Origin: a virus
Taxonomy: Duplodnaviria > Caudoviricetes
Reading direction: 5' to 3' (one strand)
Virus record (IMG/VR): IMGVR_UViG_3300028886_000051
DNA length: 64,000 nucleotides
The translations under genes were made by a program, and so were the position numbers. The notes below the pieces were generated by a model that was given only the letters and a program-made list of their open reading frames with translations, was not told where the DNA came from and did no database searches. Position 1 is the stretch's first letter, and every line of letters starts with the position of its first letter. Below, one piece after another: positions 31,549-42,811 of the stretch.

Positions 31549-33126
31549 TTATTTATTATTGAGATCCTCGTCTCTCGTGCGAAGTCCAGCATCTGTAAGT
31601 TCTGTTTCATCCTTTTCAGGCTTACCACCTTGATTATCACCAGATTGTGTATATGAGGTGCTAAATGGTTTCAATTTCTCGCCAAGATTTAAACAATCTT
31701 CCTCCAAGAAGTTCATAGCAAGAGTATCTTTCTCAGATACACCATTTAATGTGTTATAAAGAATCTTATTTGGTAATCCATTTTGACACGATTCCAAAAT
31801 AGATTTCTTAAAATCATCTTTCTGATAAATTGAAACATCAAAGAATTTGACCTTACAAGGTTCAGATATCCAACTAGATAAAAGTCTGTTTACAATCGCT
31901 TGAATCTGCGGAATGAGAGTTGAAATAGAAAATGTAGAATCTGCAAGTACGCCATATTTAAAGGCAGTAGAGTTAGAAGCAGAGTTTAGATTTAATATCT
32001 GAGCACCACCAGCTGTATTAAGAATTTCTTTTGTAGCTTTTTCAACCTTTGTAACATCACCTGTTGCATCATCTGGAAAACTAATTTCGTGTAATTCACC
32101 AGGAACAATAGCAGCAGAAATATAGGGTGGTAATGCTTCTTCAAGCATACGATTAAAATATTGAATCATTATATCTGGATTTACAGCCCAATCATCTACA
32201 TCATTTCCCATAGTTTTCATTTCAAGCCATACTAATTTATAAATATTAGCTGCCTGTTGAACTGCCTGATAATCAGAAGCATCCATAAGGTCAATTAGTG
32301 ATAAGAATATAGGAGTGAGCACAGGAACAATTGTTTCCCAATCCTCTGACCTGAATTTAATACAGACATTATATTCTTCTGGAATTAGCTGATATTTTTC
32401 GTTTGTACTCTGATATGTGTTCCACATAGTATTGAATGGTTTTCCCCAATATTCTAATAACTCTGAATTTCGCTTAAAGTAACTCATATCCATTGCACAT
32501 GCGAATGAGCCATCAGGAAATACACCTGCAATTCTCATATACGATGGATCAAGTGGAAGAATAAACATTCCCTGTCCCTCTGTGTAATAAGCACATCCAT
32601 AAAATGCATCTTCTCGAAGTGTTATAGATGCAGCTTTACGAAACTCATAATTCAATCCAAGAGTATCTACAACATCAACTGTTTCTTGATACTTTTGCAA
32701 TGTGGATTTTATGTCATTATTATCTGAAATTATAAATGGGGGAACTATGTTACGAATAGATAAATCAATTTGATTTGCATAATATTTGCAAAGACGATAG
32801 TAGATTTCTGAACGATAATAAAGATAACGAGATAAACTTCTAAGACTTGCTTCACTAGAAGAAATGTTTTTAATATAATCTTTTACATCTTCCTTGGAAT
32901 AATTACTAATTGTAGTATATGTCTTGGATTTCTGAATATCTCGAAGACTTGTAATTGCACTTGTTGCGTCTTCATAACGTTCAAGTCTGCTTTTATTTTT
33001 CTCATACCATTCACGCATTTCATTTGCGGTTGGCTGTTTAAGAGTAGAAGAAGCGGTTTTCTTCTGCGAATTATTTACTTTAGCAGGTGCATTAGAATTT
33101 GCATCTACTTTCTTTGGTCTAGGCAT
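31549..33126 (-). CDS. Portal protein
   Basis: 525 aa directly after the large terminase. C-terminal STSYTQSG..GGKPEKD tail typical of portals. Confidence 0.8.
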   Translation of the reverse strand: MPRPKKVDANSNAPAKVNNSQKKTASSTLKQPTANEMREWYEKNKSRLERYEDATSAITSLRDIQKSKTYTTISNYSKEDVKDYIKNISSSEASLRSLSRYLYYRSEIYYRLCKYYANQIDLSIRNIVPPFIISDNNDIKSTLQKYQETVDVVDTLGLNYEFRKAASITLREDAFYGCAYYTEGQGMFILPLDPSYMRIAGVFPDGSFACAMDMSYFKRNSELLEYWGKPFNTMWNTYQSTNEKYQLIPEEYNVCIKFRSEDWETIVPVLTPIFLSLIDLMDASDYQAVQQAANIYKLVWLEMKTMGNDVDDWAVNPDIMIQYFNRMLEEALPPYISAAIVPGELHEISFPDDATGDVTKVEKATKEILNTAGGAQILNLNSASNSTAFKYGVLADSTFSISTLIPQIQAIVNRLLSSWISEPCKVKFFDVSIYQKDDFKKSILESCQNGLPNKILYNTLNGVSEKDTLAMNFLEEDCLNLGEKLKPFSTSYTQSGDNQGGKPEKDETELTDAGLRTRDEDLNNK

Positions 33127-33144
33127 ATTTGATAATGCACCTCC

Positions 33145-35187
33145 TTAATTATATTTTGCTTTACGGATTGTAAGCTTATTGATGAAACTTGTGGCATCTT
33201 CAGTTGGACGTTTTTTGTTTGTGATTGCTTTCCTACGTTCACACATAAGGGCGTAAGAAGCCATACATGCCGTGTAAGCCCTATCATCATGGAGCTTGTT
33301 GGCTTTTTCTGGTGTAAGTTCAAACGAATCCTTTCCAGAATCACGCTTTTTACGAACCATATTGACAAGCTCTTCTTTTAAAGCATCAATATTAGCAAGA
33401 GCAATTTCATCCTGCCAATCAAGTTTTATAGTTTTTGTATTAACTGATTGAATTTTCCCAAGTTCATCATTTAAACGACTTTCAAATTCTTTCTCATTGA
33501 GTTTTTCCTTTTTAAGTTCTTTTGTTATCTTTTCTCTTGCTTGAGAGAGTTTTTCTTCGTCAATATCAAAAACAGTTAAATATCCTTTATTGTCATATGG
33601 GGCAGTAAAACTAACTTTATCTTGATTGATTAATTCAATCATTGCTTCGTACATTTCTGATTTAAAAGCAGTAGGAGACATGAGATGAATCTTATCTACT
33701 GCATTAGGAAATTTTTTAACGTAATCAGCAGAATATTCTTTATCAATCAATCCTCTGTGAACTATTCCAGCAGAATCTGTCCAATCTGGCATAAGATAAT
33801 CAGCAATATTAACACCGCCTCCGCCTGAACCAGCGTCTATATAAATTCCAATGATATTTCTATAAGCATCAGCACCACCATTATAATCAAGAATAACTTT
33901 TTTTAAATATGCAATCTGATCTGGCGTTTGCATAGGAGATTTAATCTTCTTTCCTACGTCTACTAAGTTTATACAATTTACAAGTCGCATTCTTGTATCA
34001 ATACTTCCGTCAACTTGTTCAAAATCATATATTTCTCCAACAAGAATAACTGAATTATCACGACTTCTGGCAGGATCGTATGTAATGACAAATTTCTTAT
34101 CACCTGTATCATTATAAAGAAGCGGTTTACGAACTTCTTCATTTCGTGTAATAACTCCTCTTCTAATAATGGCATCGCTTCCAGCGTCAGTAGTGAATTC
34201 GCAAAAATATTCTCGTCTAGCTTTTTCAGAATTGGTTCTCATATCTGAATCAATAGTAGATTTCTCAAACAGAGGTGCCATCATCTGACCATGAATAGTA
34301 GGGTGGAGTGGTACTTCACATGTTATATTTGCGACAAAGTAATCCTTATTACCCATTAACATTTGTTTTGAAAATTCACGATAAAGAGAATAATATTTTG
34401 TAGAAGTATCAGAAGCGGAAGATATGTAGAATTTTTGGTTTGGAATTTCTTTTGGAATTGCTCTTAATCGAACAGTATCAATTCTATTGCCATCTCTATC
34501 TTTACCAGATTTAAAACTTTTATTTACAATGGCAAAAGCTGAGTAAACAGACATCATTTCATCAGAAAGAAAACCGCACTCATCGAAAATTACGTTTCCC
34601 CTCATACCTCTTTTTCGATCCACGTTAGAGTTCAATGTCTGTGTAAATCCGCCGTTAAAAGTAGAATACGAAAACCCATTACTTCCATGTGAAAATCCGT
34701 CCCCTGCAGCATTTTTTATTTCAATTTCAGCTTTGAATATATATCCAGTAGAACCCATCATCGTATCAATATTATCATTTGCAAGTCGTTCCAAAGTAGT
34801 AAAAGTTTGTTCAGCCTGACTACCGCTACCACTTGCAATATACGTCCAGTAGTTGTTAAATAACATATCCTTTGACATTATGATTATGTCGATAAGCGTA
34901 GATTTACCAAATCCACGGCTACACACTAACAACACATTAGGGCATGTCCAACTTTGCTGAACTATCCAAGCCTGTGCATCCAATAATTCTATATTAAAAA
35001 AATCATTTATAAATCTTACTGGATTACATTGATAATACTTTTGCATATAAGCAATTTTTATCAAGGATTCAATTTTCCTTGATGACATTGCATATGTGCC
35101 TGGTTTTACATAAATAACGTCTTCTTGAATACATTGATCATCATATTTAATCATATCTAATGAATCAGTTATATCTTTAAATCTCAT
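33145..35187 (-). CDS. terL: Terminase large subunit
   Basis: Walker A SRGFGKS, Walker B VIFDECG, coupling motif YISSAS, nuclease motifs TYDPA and HDDRA. Start placed at MRFKD. Confidence 0.92.
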   Translation of the reverse strand: MRFKDITDSLDMIKYDDQCIQEDVIYVKPGTYAMSSRKIESLIKIAYMQKYYQCNPVRFINDFFNIELLDAQAWIVQQSWTCPNVLLVCSRGFGKSTLIDIIIMSKDMLFNNYWTYIASGSGSQAEQTFTTLERLANDNIDTMMGSTGYIFKAEIEIKNAAGDGFSHGSNGFSYSTFNGGFTQTLNSNVDRKRGMRGNVIFDECGFLSDEMMSVYSAFAIVNKSFKSGKDRDGNRIDTVRLRAIPKEIPNQKFYISSASDTSTKYYSLYREFSKQMLMGNKDYFVANITCEVPLHPTIHGQMMAPLFEKSTIDSDMRTNSEKARREYFCEFTTDAGSDAIIRRGVITRNEEVRKPLLYNDTGDKKFVITYDPARSRDNSVILVGEIYDFEQVDGSIDTRMRLVNCINLVDVGKKIKSPMQTPDQIAYLKKVILDYNGGADAYRNIIGIYIDAGSGGGGVNIADYLMPDWTDSAGIVHRGLIDKEYSADYVKKFPNAVDKIHLMSPTAFKSEMYEAMIELINQDKVSFTAPYDNKGYLTVFDIDEEKLSQAREKITKELKKEKLNEKEFESRLNDELGKIQSVNTKTIKLDWQDEIALANIDALKEELVNMVRKKRDSGKDSFELTPEKANKLHDDRAYTACMASYALMCERRKAITNKKRPTEDATSFINKLTIRKAKYN

Positions 35188-36490
35188 TGTTTTCATCCTC
35201 ACTTTCTGAATCATTTTCAGAGTCATCATTTTCGGATTCTTGTTCTGAAAAACAAGAGAACAAATCATTTAAATCAACCAAATTCATTTCGAGCTTTATA
35301 TTTTTATCTTTTAAATAATCTTTTATATCCAGATTTTCTCGAAGTAATATACGAGATATTTCAATATATTTATCCAAATCTCTTTGTAAATCAACAATTT
35401 TTTGTCTTTGTTCAGCAACCATATCTGACCATTCGGATTCATCTAAAGCGAGTGTTTTCATAATAGAAGCGTTACTTAAATCCATTACTTGTTTCATCGC
35501 TTTACAAGTTTCCAAATCAAAACCATTAACTTCACCTTCACGAAGATTTAAATCTTTTATTTTTTTAATTTTTCCTGTCCAAGTATTTTCACCTTTTTTT
35601 GCATTTTTATTATGCTTTAAAGATATACAACTGTCTTGAGCAAGACTTGTAATAACAGAAGTAATTTTACCTTTACTTTCTTGCAGGGATTTAATTGTTG
35701 CCGAGTTACGCTCAATATTAGAAATATCGCTCATAAGTTTTGCAACAGTATCATCAATTTTTGACTGTTGTAAAAAACCACGAACAATAGAAATAGCAGA
35801 AGAAGTACGCATCATATCTTCGTTAGCATCTTCACTAGAATCAAGAATTCCTAACAATTGAGAATATAAAAATGGTTGGTCAGCAACATCCTCTTTTTCA
35901 AAAGGATCATAACTAAGTAATCGAATAACATCATTTTTATTTTTCAAAAAACTGTCATATGTATCTAATCCTGCGTGAGATTCAATAAGTTCTTCCTCAG
36001 TAGTTGGTTCTTTAGGAATTTCATTTTCAGATGTATTATTACCAAAAACATCTGAATCTTTAAATGTTAGAGTGTTATATTGTCCCATAGCCACATTCTT
36101 TATATATGAATAATAACCATTAGAACGAATTTTACCTGAAGCTAAATTTTCCGATTCTTGAATACTAGCATCCCATAATTTTGATAAAAAAGGCTTATTA
36201 AGATACCTCATTGTTTCGATTACAGAGTCCTTATCAGGCTCATGTTCAACCTTATCCTTCCCAATTTTAAGGGCTATTTTCCTTGCACAGTCTTTACAAA
36301 TTGGAGTAAGACCACTTTTATTCATTGGATCTGTACTTACATAAAATTTATCCCTTGCTTTATGTGTATCACACATGTAACACCAAGCACCTTCTTTTAG
36401 AGACTTGATTTTTTCTTCTTGTGTTTCAACCTTTTTCTTTAATTGTGCAGCCGTTAATTTCGTAGGCTGTGTCTCTTTTGTCGTAGCCAA
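35177..36490 (-). CDS. Zn-finger protein upstream of terL (putative small terminase / packaging protein)
   Basis: CYMC...PICKDC motif. Overlaps the terL start. Confidence 0.55.
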   Translation of the reverse strand: MATTKETQPTKLTAAQLKKKVETQEEKIKSLKEGAWCYMCDTHKARDKFYVSTDPMNKSGLTPICKDCARKIALKIGKDKVEHEPDKDSVIETMRYLNKPFLSKLWDASIQESENLASGKIRSNGYYSYIKNVAMGQYNTLTFKDSDVFGNNTSENEIPKEPTTEEELIESHAGLDTYDSFLKNKNDVIRLLSYDPFEKEDVADQPFLYSQLLGILDSSEDANEDMMRTSSAISIVRGFLQQSKIDDTVAKLMSDISNIERNSATIKSLQESKGKITSVITSLAQDSCISLKHNKNAKKGENTWTGKIKKIKDLNLREGEVNGFDLETCKAMKQVMDLSNASIMKTLALDESEWSDMVAEQRQKIVDLQRDLDKYIEISRILLRENLDIKDYLKDKNIKLEMNLVDLNDLFSCFSEQESENDDSENDSESEDENNEI

Positions 36491-36594
36491 TTAACAGCCA
36501 CCTCCTTTTATTCCAATATAAAAAGAAGCCATCTCATACGAAATGACTTCTCATAATTTCCAATATTAAATTTCCAATGAAAGTGCAATTTAAA

Positions 36595-36676
36595 CGCCGT
36601 ACACACGATTCGAACGTGCAAGCCTTTTACAGCCAACGGTTTTCAAGACCGCTTCTTCACCACCCAGACATACGGC
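36595..36676 (-). tRNA. tRNA-Ser(TGA)
   Basis: Acceptor GCCGTAT/GTACGGC, anticodon arm GCGGT-CT TGA AA-ACCGT, long variable arm, T-loop TTCGAAT. D arm is atypical. Confidence 0.8.
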
Positions 36677-36680
36677 ATAG

Positions 36681-36765
36681 CGTAGAGTATGAGAGTCGAA
36701 CTCATAAGCCAAATTAATGACCGACAGATTAGCAATCTGCTCCAATACCATTATGGGAACTCTAC
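36681..36765 (-). tRNA. tRNA-Ser(GCT)
   Basis: Acceptor GTAGAGT/ACTCTAC plus G, anticodon arm GCAGA-TT GCT AA-TCTGT, long variable arm, T-loop TTCGACT. Confidence 0.85.
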
Positions 36766-36863
36766 GTATAACAAAAGAGCCACTTCCCATGAAATGACTC
36801 TTTTCCAAAATTACCTATTAAATTTTGCCGATAAAAATCTCAATCTATCGGTATATTTACCGT

Positions 36864-38068
36864 TTATGTTGTCACGTTGACAATCAATGGATGTAGACCT
36901 ACACCCTCTATCCCGTCCGAAAATACATTCGGGAATGCCTTTTTCATAATTTGATATGCAGCGTTAATATCAGCATTTATTTTTATATTATTATTACTAA
37001 TAAACAAACCTCTTTGAATACGTCTATCTTTATTATAATTTTCTTTACATGGAATTTCTGAATCAAGAAATGAAGTTCCAGATGTATATGATTCTTCAAT
37101 TACAATATATTTAATGCCATTATTTTCACATTTATATTTTAGAATCTTGAAGAATAATTCATATGGTATATATGTGAAGTTTTGCATATTCTTAGTATTT
37201 TGTTTCCAACCATTGTTATGACCTATTACAAGAGTATCTACATCATATAAAACACAATAGTCGATTATGTATTTGCTGACACAGTGCATATAATTTTTTA
37301 TTTTTCATATCTTTTATCGGTTAATTTCTGAAGCCCTTTTGACCAATCATTACCATTTACTTTCTTTAATTCTGATTGCATTTCAGATTTTTTCTTATTA
37401 TAATATTGATTTATAGATTTGATAGCACCACCTTTGATAACAAAAGGTTGTTCACCAAAATTATTTACGACACTAACGAAATTTTCTACACCAACATCAA
37501 TACTTATAATTCTCTCTGAAAAAACTAAGCAATCCACAGTATCAATTTCATAAACTATTTCCATTACATAATGATTTCCTTTAGGAATAAATCTGCATTG
37601 TATTATTCTATCTCTAACCTTTGTTTTGAACCGATTATTAAATGGTTTGAATGGACTCCAAGCAAAATACACATAACCGTCTTTTAATTTAACTTTATTG
37701 CTATCAAGAGCCAAAGTGTAACGACCATCTTTAGGTTTGTACCTTGGCATTTTTGGCATACCAAGATATTTAGAATGATTCTTCTTCCAATCTTTAATAG
37801 AAACAAAGAACGCCTTCCAAGCCTTATCCAACATTCTTAAAGTGGCTTGTCCTGTATTACTACCAATTTCCTTATAAGGTTCTGAATCTTTTACCATTTC
37901 AAATAACTTATTATATCCAATCCAATTATTATTGGTAATAAACTCTTGCCTTATAATATAATTGGCATAGTTGTAAAGGTTCTTTGACTTTAAGCAGTAA
38001 TTGTCTATGAATCTTCCGAAATCTGTATTTAATTTTATGATATGTTGTTCACATCTTTGTACTTTCAT
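36864..38068 (-). pseudogene. tnpB: TnpB-family RNA-guided nuclease, frameshifted
   Basis: The 256-aa and 141-aa ORFs join with one extra A in GAAAAATAAAAAATTATATG (~37290-37305), giving ...RYEKIKNYMHCVSK. RuvC motifs SIDVG, EESYTS and NADINAA are present. Confidence 0.85.
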
Positions 38069-38281
38069 TTTCCCTCCTTACAAATAAGAGAGAATAGAAG
38101 AACAGTCTAATCTCAAAGGCACAATCGGATAATAGCCGAAAGCCTTAAATTTTTGCATTATAAAAGAGACTGCCAAAACGACAGTCTCTCATTCTGTGGG
38201 TATTTTCCACACAAAAGAGAGCCTTGCAACCGAAGTTACAAGACCCTTTAATAAAATCATTTCAAAATACTTCTTGACTAT

Positions 38282-40894
38282 TTACACAATAGTAACTTTA
38301 TACTTCGATGAATTATATTCTATATTGAACCAACCATAAGAACCAAGTGTTAATTTTAATGTGATTGTTCTTTCAACAACTCCATTTGAGCTTGTTTGGT
38401 CATTAATTGAGGTTGATATACCAACTAATTCAGTCTCTCCTGAAGCACCTAACCAAATATCATTACTAGATGACTTATATTCACAATAACTATAAACACC
38501 ACTGCCATAACTGGAAGTGCTTTTTAACTTTACTTTGTAGAAAGTGAATCTGACTAAATCTTGTATATACCAACTGGTACCATAATTATAAAAATTGCCT
38601 TTAATAGTAACAGTTTTTGAAACTCCAGTAGAAGAAGTACTTGAACAATAACTTATCATACTAGCAGCTTTTCCATCTACAAGACCTTTTAATACCTTAC
38701 CCTGTGCAGCAGATAACGAATCTGTTGTACTATCGCTTGTAAGATTATTTTGAATCCCTCTCCAAGTGTTTGTATCTGTAAAAACAGCATTACTAGGGAC
38801 AGATTTGCCTAATGTATACGTACAAGCAACAGGTTTACCACCTGAGAAGTAAACTGGTTGAGTTGCAGAACCTGCAGAAGAATCAAGTTTAACTGCTGAT
38901 GTAGCAGAACCACCAGAAGAAGATGAACCTGCATATGAGTGTGTATGAGAAGAAGCCGCAGCACCGATATTAGCAGGTGTGCAATACGTTTTGTAATTAG
39001 AAGAATCTAAAACTTTTCTCCATGCTTGCCATGTTCCATTATTTTTACCACGAACAGCAATTTGACCCGTTCTATAATCTCCATATATTTCATGTACCCA
39101 AGATCCAGAATATACTTGTTTATACATAGCACCATCATTTTGATTAAGTATAGATGATGTACCATTAACATAACCAACGGCATTAGCAGATGTATCGTCA
39201 ATACCAACATCGGTAGTCGATGTGTTTTTAAAATATGATAATGAATTAGCACTTCCTCCAGCACTTGAACTTCCTGCATAATTATGAGTGTGATTAACTT
39301 TTGAACAATTACTTAGAAAGTCATCTTTTGATTGCCAACCCATTTCACCACCATTAATAAATGCATCTATACCGCATATAAATTCCAAGTCTTTTTGTGG
39401 CAATGAACTAGCTTGAAATTTAATACTACCACCCATAGTACCGCCACTTAAAGGTAAGTAATTATGTGTATGAGAAGCAGTAGCGAAAGCAGAAGCATGA
39501 TTTCCATCTAAGGTATCAGCGTTTCCAGCACTTGTTGCGTAATTAGCCTTTGATATTGTGTCATCACTAAAAATAACTTTTCTCCATGAACCCCATGAAC
39601 CTGCACTGTAATTTCTAAAATATAAATCATTTGTAGTCATACCCATAGCTAATTGTGAACCATAATTAATATCAGCAGAACGATTGGCTAAAATTTGCCA
39701 CCATTGACTATATGGTATATTAGATGATGAATTTGAAAGTTCTCTCATTTGAGTTGTGGAAGAACTTGATGGTAACCAATTGGCATCGTTACCTTCTCTA
39801 CTAAGTTGAAGAGTTAATGCATTTCCTCCAGCAGAATTAGACCCAGCATAGTTGTGTGTATGATTTACTGGTGTAAAACTACTTGGCTTACTTGTAATTT
39901 CACTCCAAGAATAACTTGGTTTACTACTAGCTTTAGCCCATGCATATACATCACTAGCAGGTCTGGAATTACTTAATCTTGCATCGTTACCAGCGCAAGC
40001 TGTATCAGCAGTAGTACCTAATGGTCTCCAAGTATTAGTATCAGTTAATTCGATAGTGGTATTACCACTCTGGTTCATTGTAAATGTACCTTTACTTGTA
40101 CCAGCTTGCTTAATTGTAACAGTACCATTACCAACAGTAGGAATAGTAGGTTTATTACTCAAGTCGTTATAAGAACCACTAAATGAACTTGTTCCAGCTC
40201 CAATATTTGCTCTTGCATTTGATTTTTCTGTATCCGTAAGCCCTTGTGACGCAACTGTAGATACAGCTTTAAAATTACCAACATTACCTAATCCAACATC
40301 ACTCTTGGTAGTTCCATGAGGATTAGTTCCACTTGGATGTGTATATACAGTAGTTTCAGTACCATTGATTTTGATATTTCCATTAGTAGAAGATTTTTCT
40401 ACTTTGGTTGCGTCAGTACGGGCATGTGCTGATTGTGAGTGTGTATAAGCACTTCCCCAATTTGTTCTTTCAGTAGACGTAATATGCTTTACAGAATCCC
40501 CAATATGAGAAATTAAATCTGTAATTGCTTTTGAAATTTTTCCAAAAGATACAGATAATTTTTCGCCAGACGATAGTTTAGCAAGAGTAGAGGACTCTGT
40601 GTAGGTTGGGGTTAAATCATTTACGCTAGTATTTAAACATTCCCATTTACCATTAACATATCTCCATATCTTATTAGTATCTTTTGTGTAATAATATTTA
40701 TTTGTTAATGGAGTTAAAATCGCCAGTAAAGATTCTTCCGTATCTATATCAATCCAATCTGTGATTTCAATTCTTTCGCCTTCCAAATCTACATACAGAG
40801 ATTTACTATCACGAGTAACAATTATTTGACCATTATTTTTTGTTAAACTTCCTAATTTGGAGAATATTGTACTAAGCAATTTCAATTTAGCCAT
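38282..40894 (-). CDS. Fibre / appendage protein with repeated modules, 870 aa
   Basis: Rich in Ser/Thr/Gly. Repeated HTHNYAGS.SAGG.A linkers and knob-like ..R...G.W..WRKV.. modules. Confidence 0.75.
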   Translation of the reverse strand: MAKLKLLSTIFSKLGSLTKNNGQIIVTRDSKSLYVDLEGERIEITDWIDIDTEESLLAILTPLTNKYYYTKDTNKIWRYVNGKWECLNTSVNDLTPTYTESSTLAKLSSGEKLSVSFGKISKAITDLISHIGDSVKHITSTERTNWGSAYTHSQSAHARTDATKVEKSSTNGNIKINGTETTVYTHPSGTNPHGTTKSDVGLGNVGNFKAVSTVASQGLTDTEKSNARANIGAGTSSFSGSYNDLSNKPTIPTVGNGTVTIKQAGTSKGTFTMNQSGNTTIELTDTNTWRPLGTTADTACAGNDARLSNSRPASDVYAWAKASSKPSYSWSEITSKPSSFTPVNHTHNYAGSNSAGGNALTLQLSREGNDANWLPSSSSTTQMRELSNSSSNIPYSQWWQILANRSADINYGSQLAMGMTTNDLYFRNYSAGSWGSWRKVIFSDDTISKANYATSAGNADTLDGNHASAFATASHTHNYLPLSGGTMGGSIKFQASSLPQKDLEFICGIDAFINGGEMGWQSKDDFLSNCSKVNHTHNYAGSSSAGGSANSLSYFKNTSTTDVGIDDTSANAVGYVNGTSSILNQNDGAMYKQVYSGSWVHEIYGDYRTGQIAVRGKNNGTWQAWRKVLDSSNYKTYCTPANIGAAASSHTHSYAGSSSSGGSATSAVKLDSSAGSATQPVYFSGGKPVACTYTLGKSVPSNAVFTDTNTWRGIQNNLTSDSTTDSLSAAQGKVLKGLVDGKAASMISYCSSTSSTGVSKTVTIKGNFYNYGTSWYIQDLVRFTFYKVKLKSTSSYGSGVYSYCEYKSSSNDIWLGASGETELVGISTSINDQTSSNGVVERTITLKLTLGSYGWFNIEYNSSKYKVTIV

Positions 40895-40910
40895 TTTATC
40901 CTCCTTACTA

Positions 40911-42002
40911 TTACCAGTTTACCCATGTAACTAAACTATCTGCATATTCTTTCGCACTAGAAAGGGTAGTTGTGTCACCATTATCAGTGTATGTTTTTGC
41001 ATTTGATAAGGCAGTAGCACTAACTGTGTCTGCATATGATTTAACGGCAATTTCAGTGGCAAGAGTATTAGAATCTGGTGTAGGTACTAATGTATCACCA
41101 CCAATTGATTTTCCACTTGTCTTAATTGTTCCATCTGCATTTGCTGTGATAATTTCATCTACATGACCAGTTGCAACTTTATCTAATTTATTAGCATCAG
41201 ACGGAACATTTACATATAAACCATCAGATTTTACAGATAATGAATTCCCACTTTCGGCAGATATTTTTACATCAACAGATATCTCATTCGTATCTGAAAC
41301 AGTTGTAGTAGTAGTACTTGTTTCTTTACCTGTATAAATATCAATCAGTCCCTGTGCAGGAATCTTGATTAATTTACTTTCGTCAGTATATGTTTTATCT
41401 TCAGCAAGAGTAAGCCAAATTTCATTCGTATCTTCATTATATTTACCTGCCGTAACAGCAGTGTCTTTTGCAAAATTTATTTCTAATGCAGAATCTCCAA
41501 CGATAGGAATTGTAAGTTTTCTAGCTGTTTCATCATATGTAGGTGAATAGGTCATACCATTTAATGGAATAGTAGAAGTCTCACCATCTTTTGTAACTGA
41601 TAATTCACCATTTTCTACATATGAGATAGATGTAACACCTGTACCAGATTCAATAATTTCTTGAATTTTATTTTGAACATAAGAAGCAACAGCTTTCGCA
41701 GTAGGTACTAACTCATCCGTTGACGAATCCACAACTGAAATAGTATAACCTTTTGATATTACATCATATGAAACACCATTATATGTTTTCATAGATAATG
41801 TATTTTTATCAACATAGATAGTATTCATTTCAGGATAGTCTGGGTCAGCTTCAATAATCTGAATTTTTCCACCATATAAATTATTGCCAACATAAATTGT
41901 ACCGTCATCAAGCCAATAGATTGTTTTTAAATCAATTTCACTAACTGATACTTTTTTTTTATATTCTGATACTGATATTTTTTCTAAATTCAATTTCCCC
42001 AT
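40911..42002 (-). CDS. Structural / fibre-associated protein
   Basis: 363 aa. GN.L....DGLYV and AK.Y.D repeats typical of phage fibres. Confidence 0.6.
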   Translation of the reverse strand: MGKLNLEKISVSEYKKKVSVSEIDLKTIYWLDDGTIYVGNNLYGGKIQIIEADPDYPEMNTIYVDKNTLSMKTYNGVSYDVISKGYTISVVDSSTDELVPTAKAVASYVQNKIQEIIESGTGVTSISYVENGELSVTKDGETSTIPLNGMTYSPTYDETARKLTIPIVGDSALEINFAKDTAVTAGKYNEDTNEIWLTLAEDKTYTDESKLIKIPAQGLIDIYTGKETSTTTTTVSDTNEISVDVKISAESGNSLSVKSDGLYVNVPSDANKLDKVATGHVDEIITANADGTIKTSGKSIGGDTLVPTPDSNTLATEIAVKSYADTVSATALSNAKTYTDNGDTTTLSSAKEYADSLVTWVNW

Positions 42003-42017
42003 ATTTTCTCCTTTCTG

Positions 42018-42626
42018 TTAACTCCAATTTTTCCAACTAATTTCATCATCTATCTTAATTGGACTTCCAATTGGAGCACCGTTAGAAAAGAACTGAATAG
42101 TTGAGTCTTCTTCGTTATATTCAAAGTATTTATCCATTTTATTAATTTGTAACTGGTCAATATCCTGTTGCATTTTTGTTAACACATCATATGATTCGTC
42201 ATCACTGATTTCTGTTGATGAACTGTTTCTTGTCGGAATAATATCAATTTTTGTTGAGTCGGTTTTAATTAAAATAATATTATTAGGGTCTGTAGTATTA
42301 AAAAACATAAACCACATAACAATTTCACCTGGTTTTTGTGTTAAAACAGTAGTAATAGGTAATGTCATCCTATATCTATCTTTATATAATTCCGGCTCAA
42401 TTTCCATATATCTCATTTTACCGGTTACATCAGTTCCATGTTCTTCGTCTGGGACAGGAAGTAATACTTGTAACATGATATTGCAATCTTCAATGTATTC
42501 AAAAAAATCTTTATCTATTAAGAACTGAATAGTATCAGCTCTGTTCTCTTTTTCATATATAGTTCTATATTTTGTTTTTTGTAAAGTTTTGTCCTTATTT
42601 ACTAAAATTGTTATTGTATTTTCCAT
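42018..42626 (-). CDS. BppU-like N-terminal domain protein (fibre anchor)
   Basis: IYEKENRADTIQFL...LPITTVLTQKPGEIV pattern. First gene of the fibre module. Confidence 0.5.
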   Translation of the reverse strand: MENTITILVNKDKTLQKTKYRTIYEKENRADTIQFLIDKDFFEYIEDCNIMLQVLLPVPDEEHGTDVTGKMRYMEIEPELYKDRYRMTLPITTVLTQKPGEIVMWFMFFNTTDPNNIILIKTDSTKIDIIPTRNSSSTEISDDESYDVLTKMQQDIDQLQINKMDKYFEYNEEDSTIQFFSNGAPIGSPIKIDDEISWKNWS

Positions 42627-42735
42627 ATATTACCTCACTTTCTTTTTTTTTGTCGATTTAAGACATAGCAAAAACCGACTATAGAAAGTCGGTTACATAG
42701 TTTTAATATTTATCAATCAAGTTTACCATACATGA

Positions 42736-42807
42736 AGATCTCGGTGAGAGTTGAACTCACGTCTTTGGGTTTGCAGCCCAACGTCTTAACCACTTGACCA
42801 CGAAATC
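42736..42807 (-). tRNA. tRNA-Cys(GCA)
   Basis: Acceptor GATTTCG/CGAGATC plus T discriminator, anticodon arm TTGGG-CT GCA AA-CCCAA, T-loop TTCAACT. Confidence 0.85.
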
Positions 42808-42811
42808 ATAA

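Noticed and set aside
36590-36880. ORFs 36590-36808 and 36689-36880
   Set aside because: They overlap two tRNA-Ser genes.
38282-40894. Diversity-generating retroelement target in the fibre gene
   Set aside because: No reverse transcriptase and no template/variable repeat pair differing at adenines was seen in the window.
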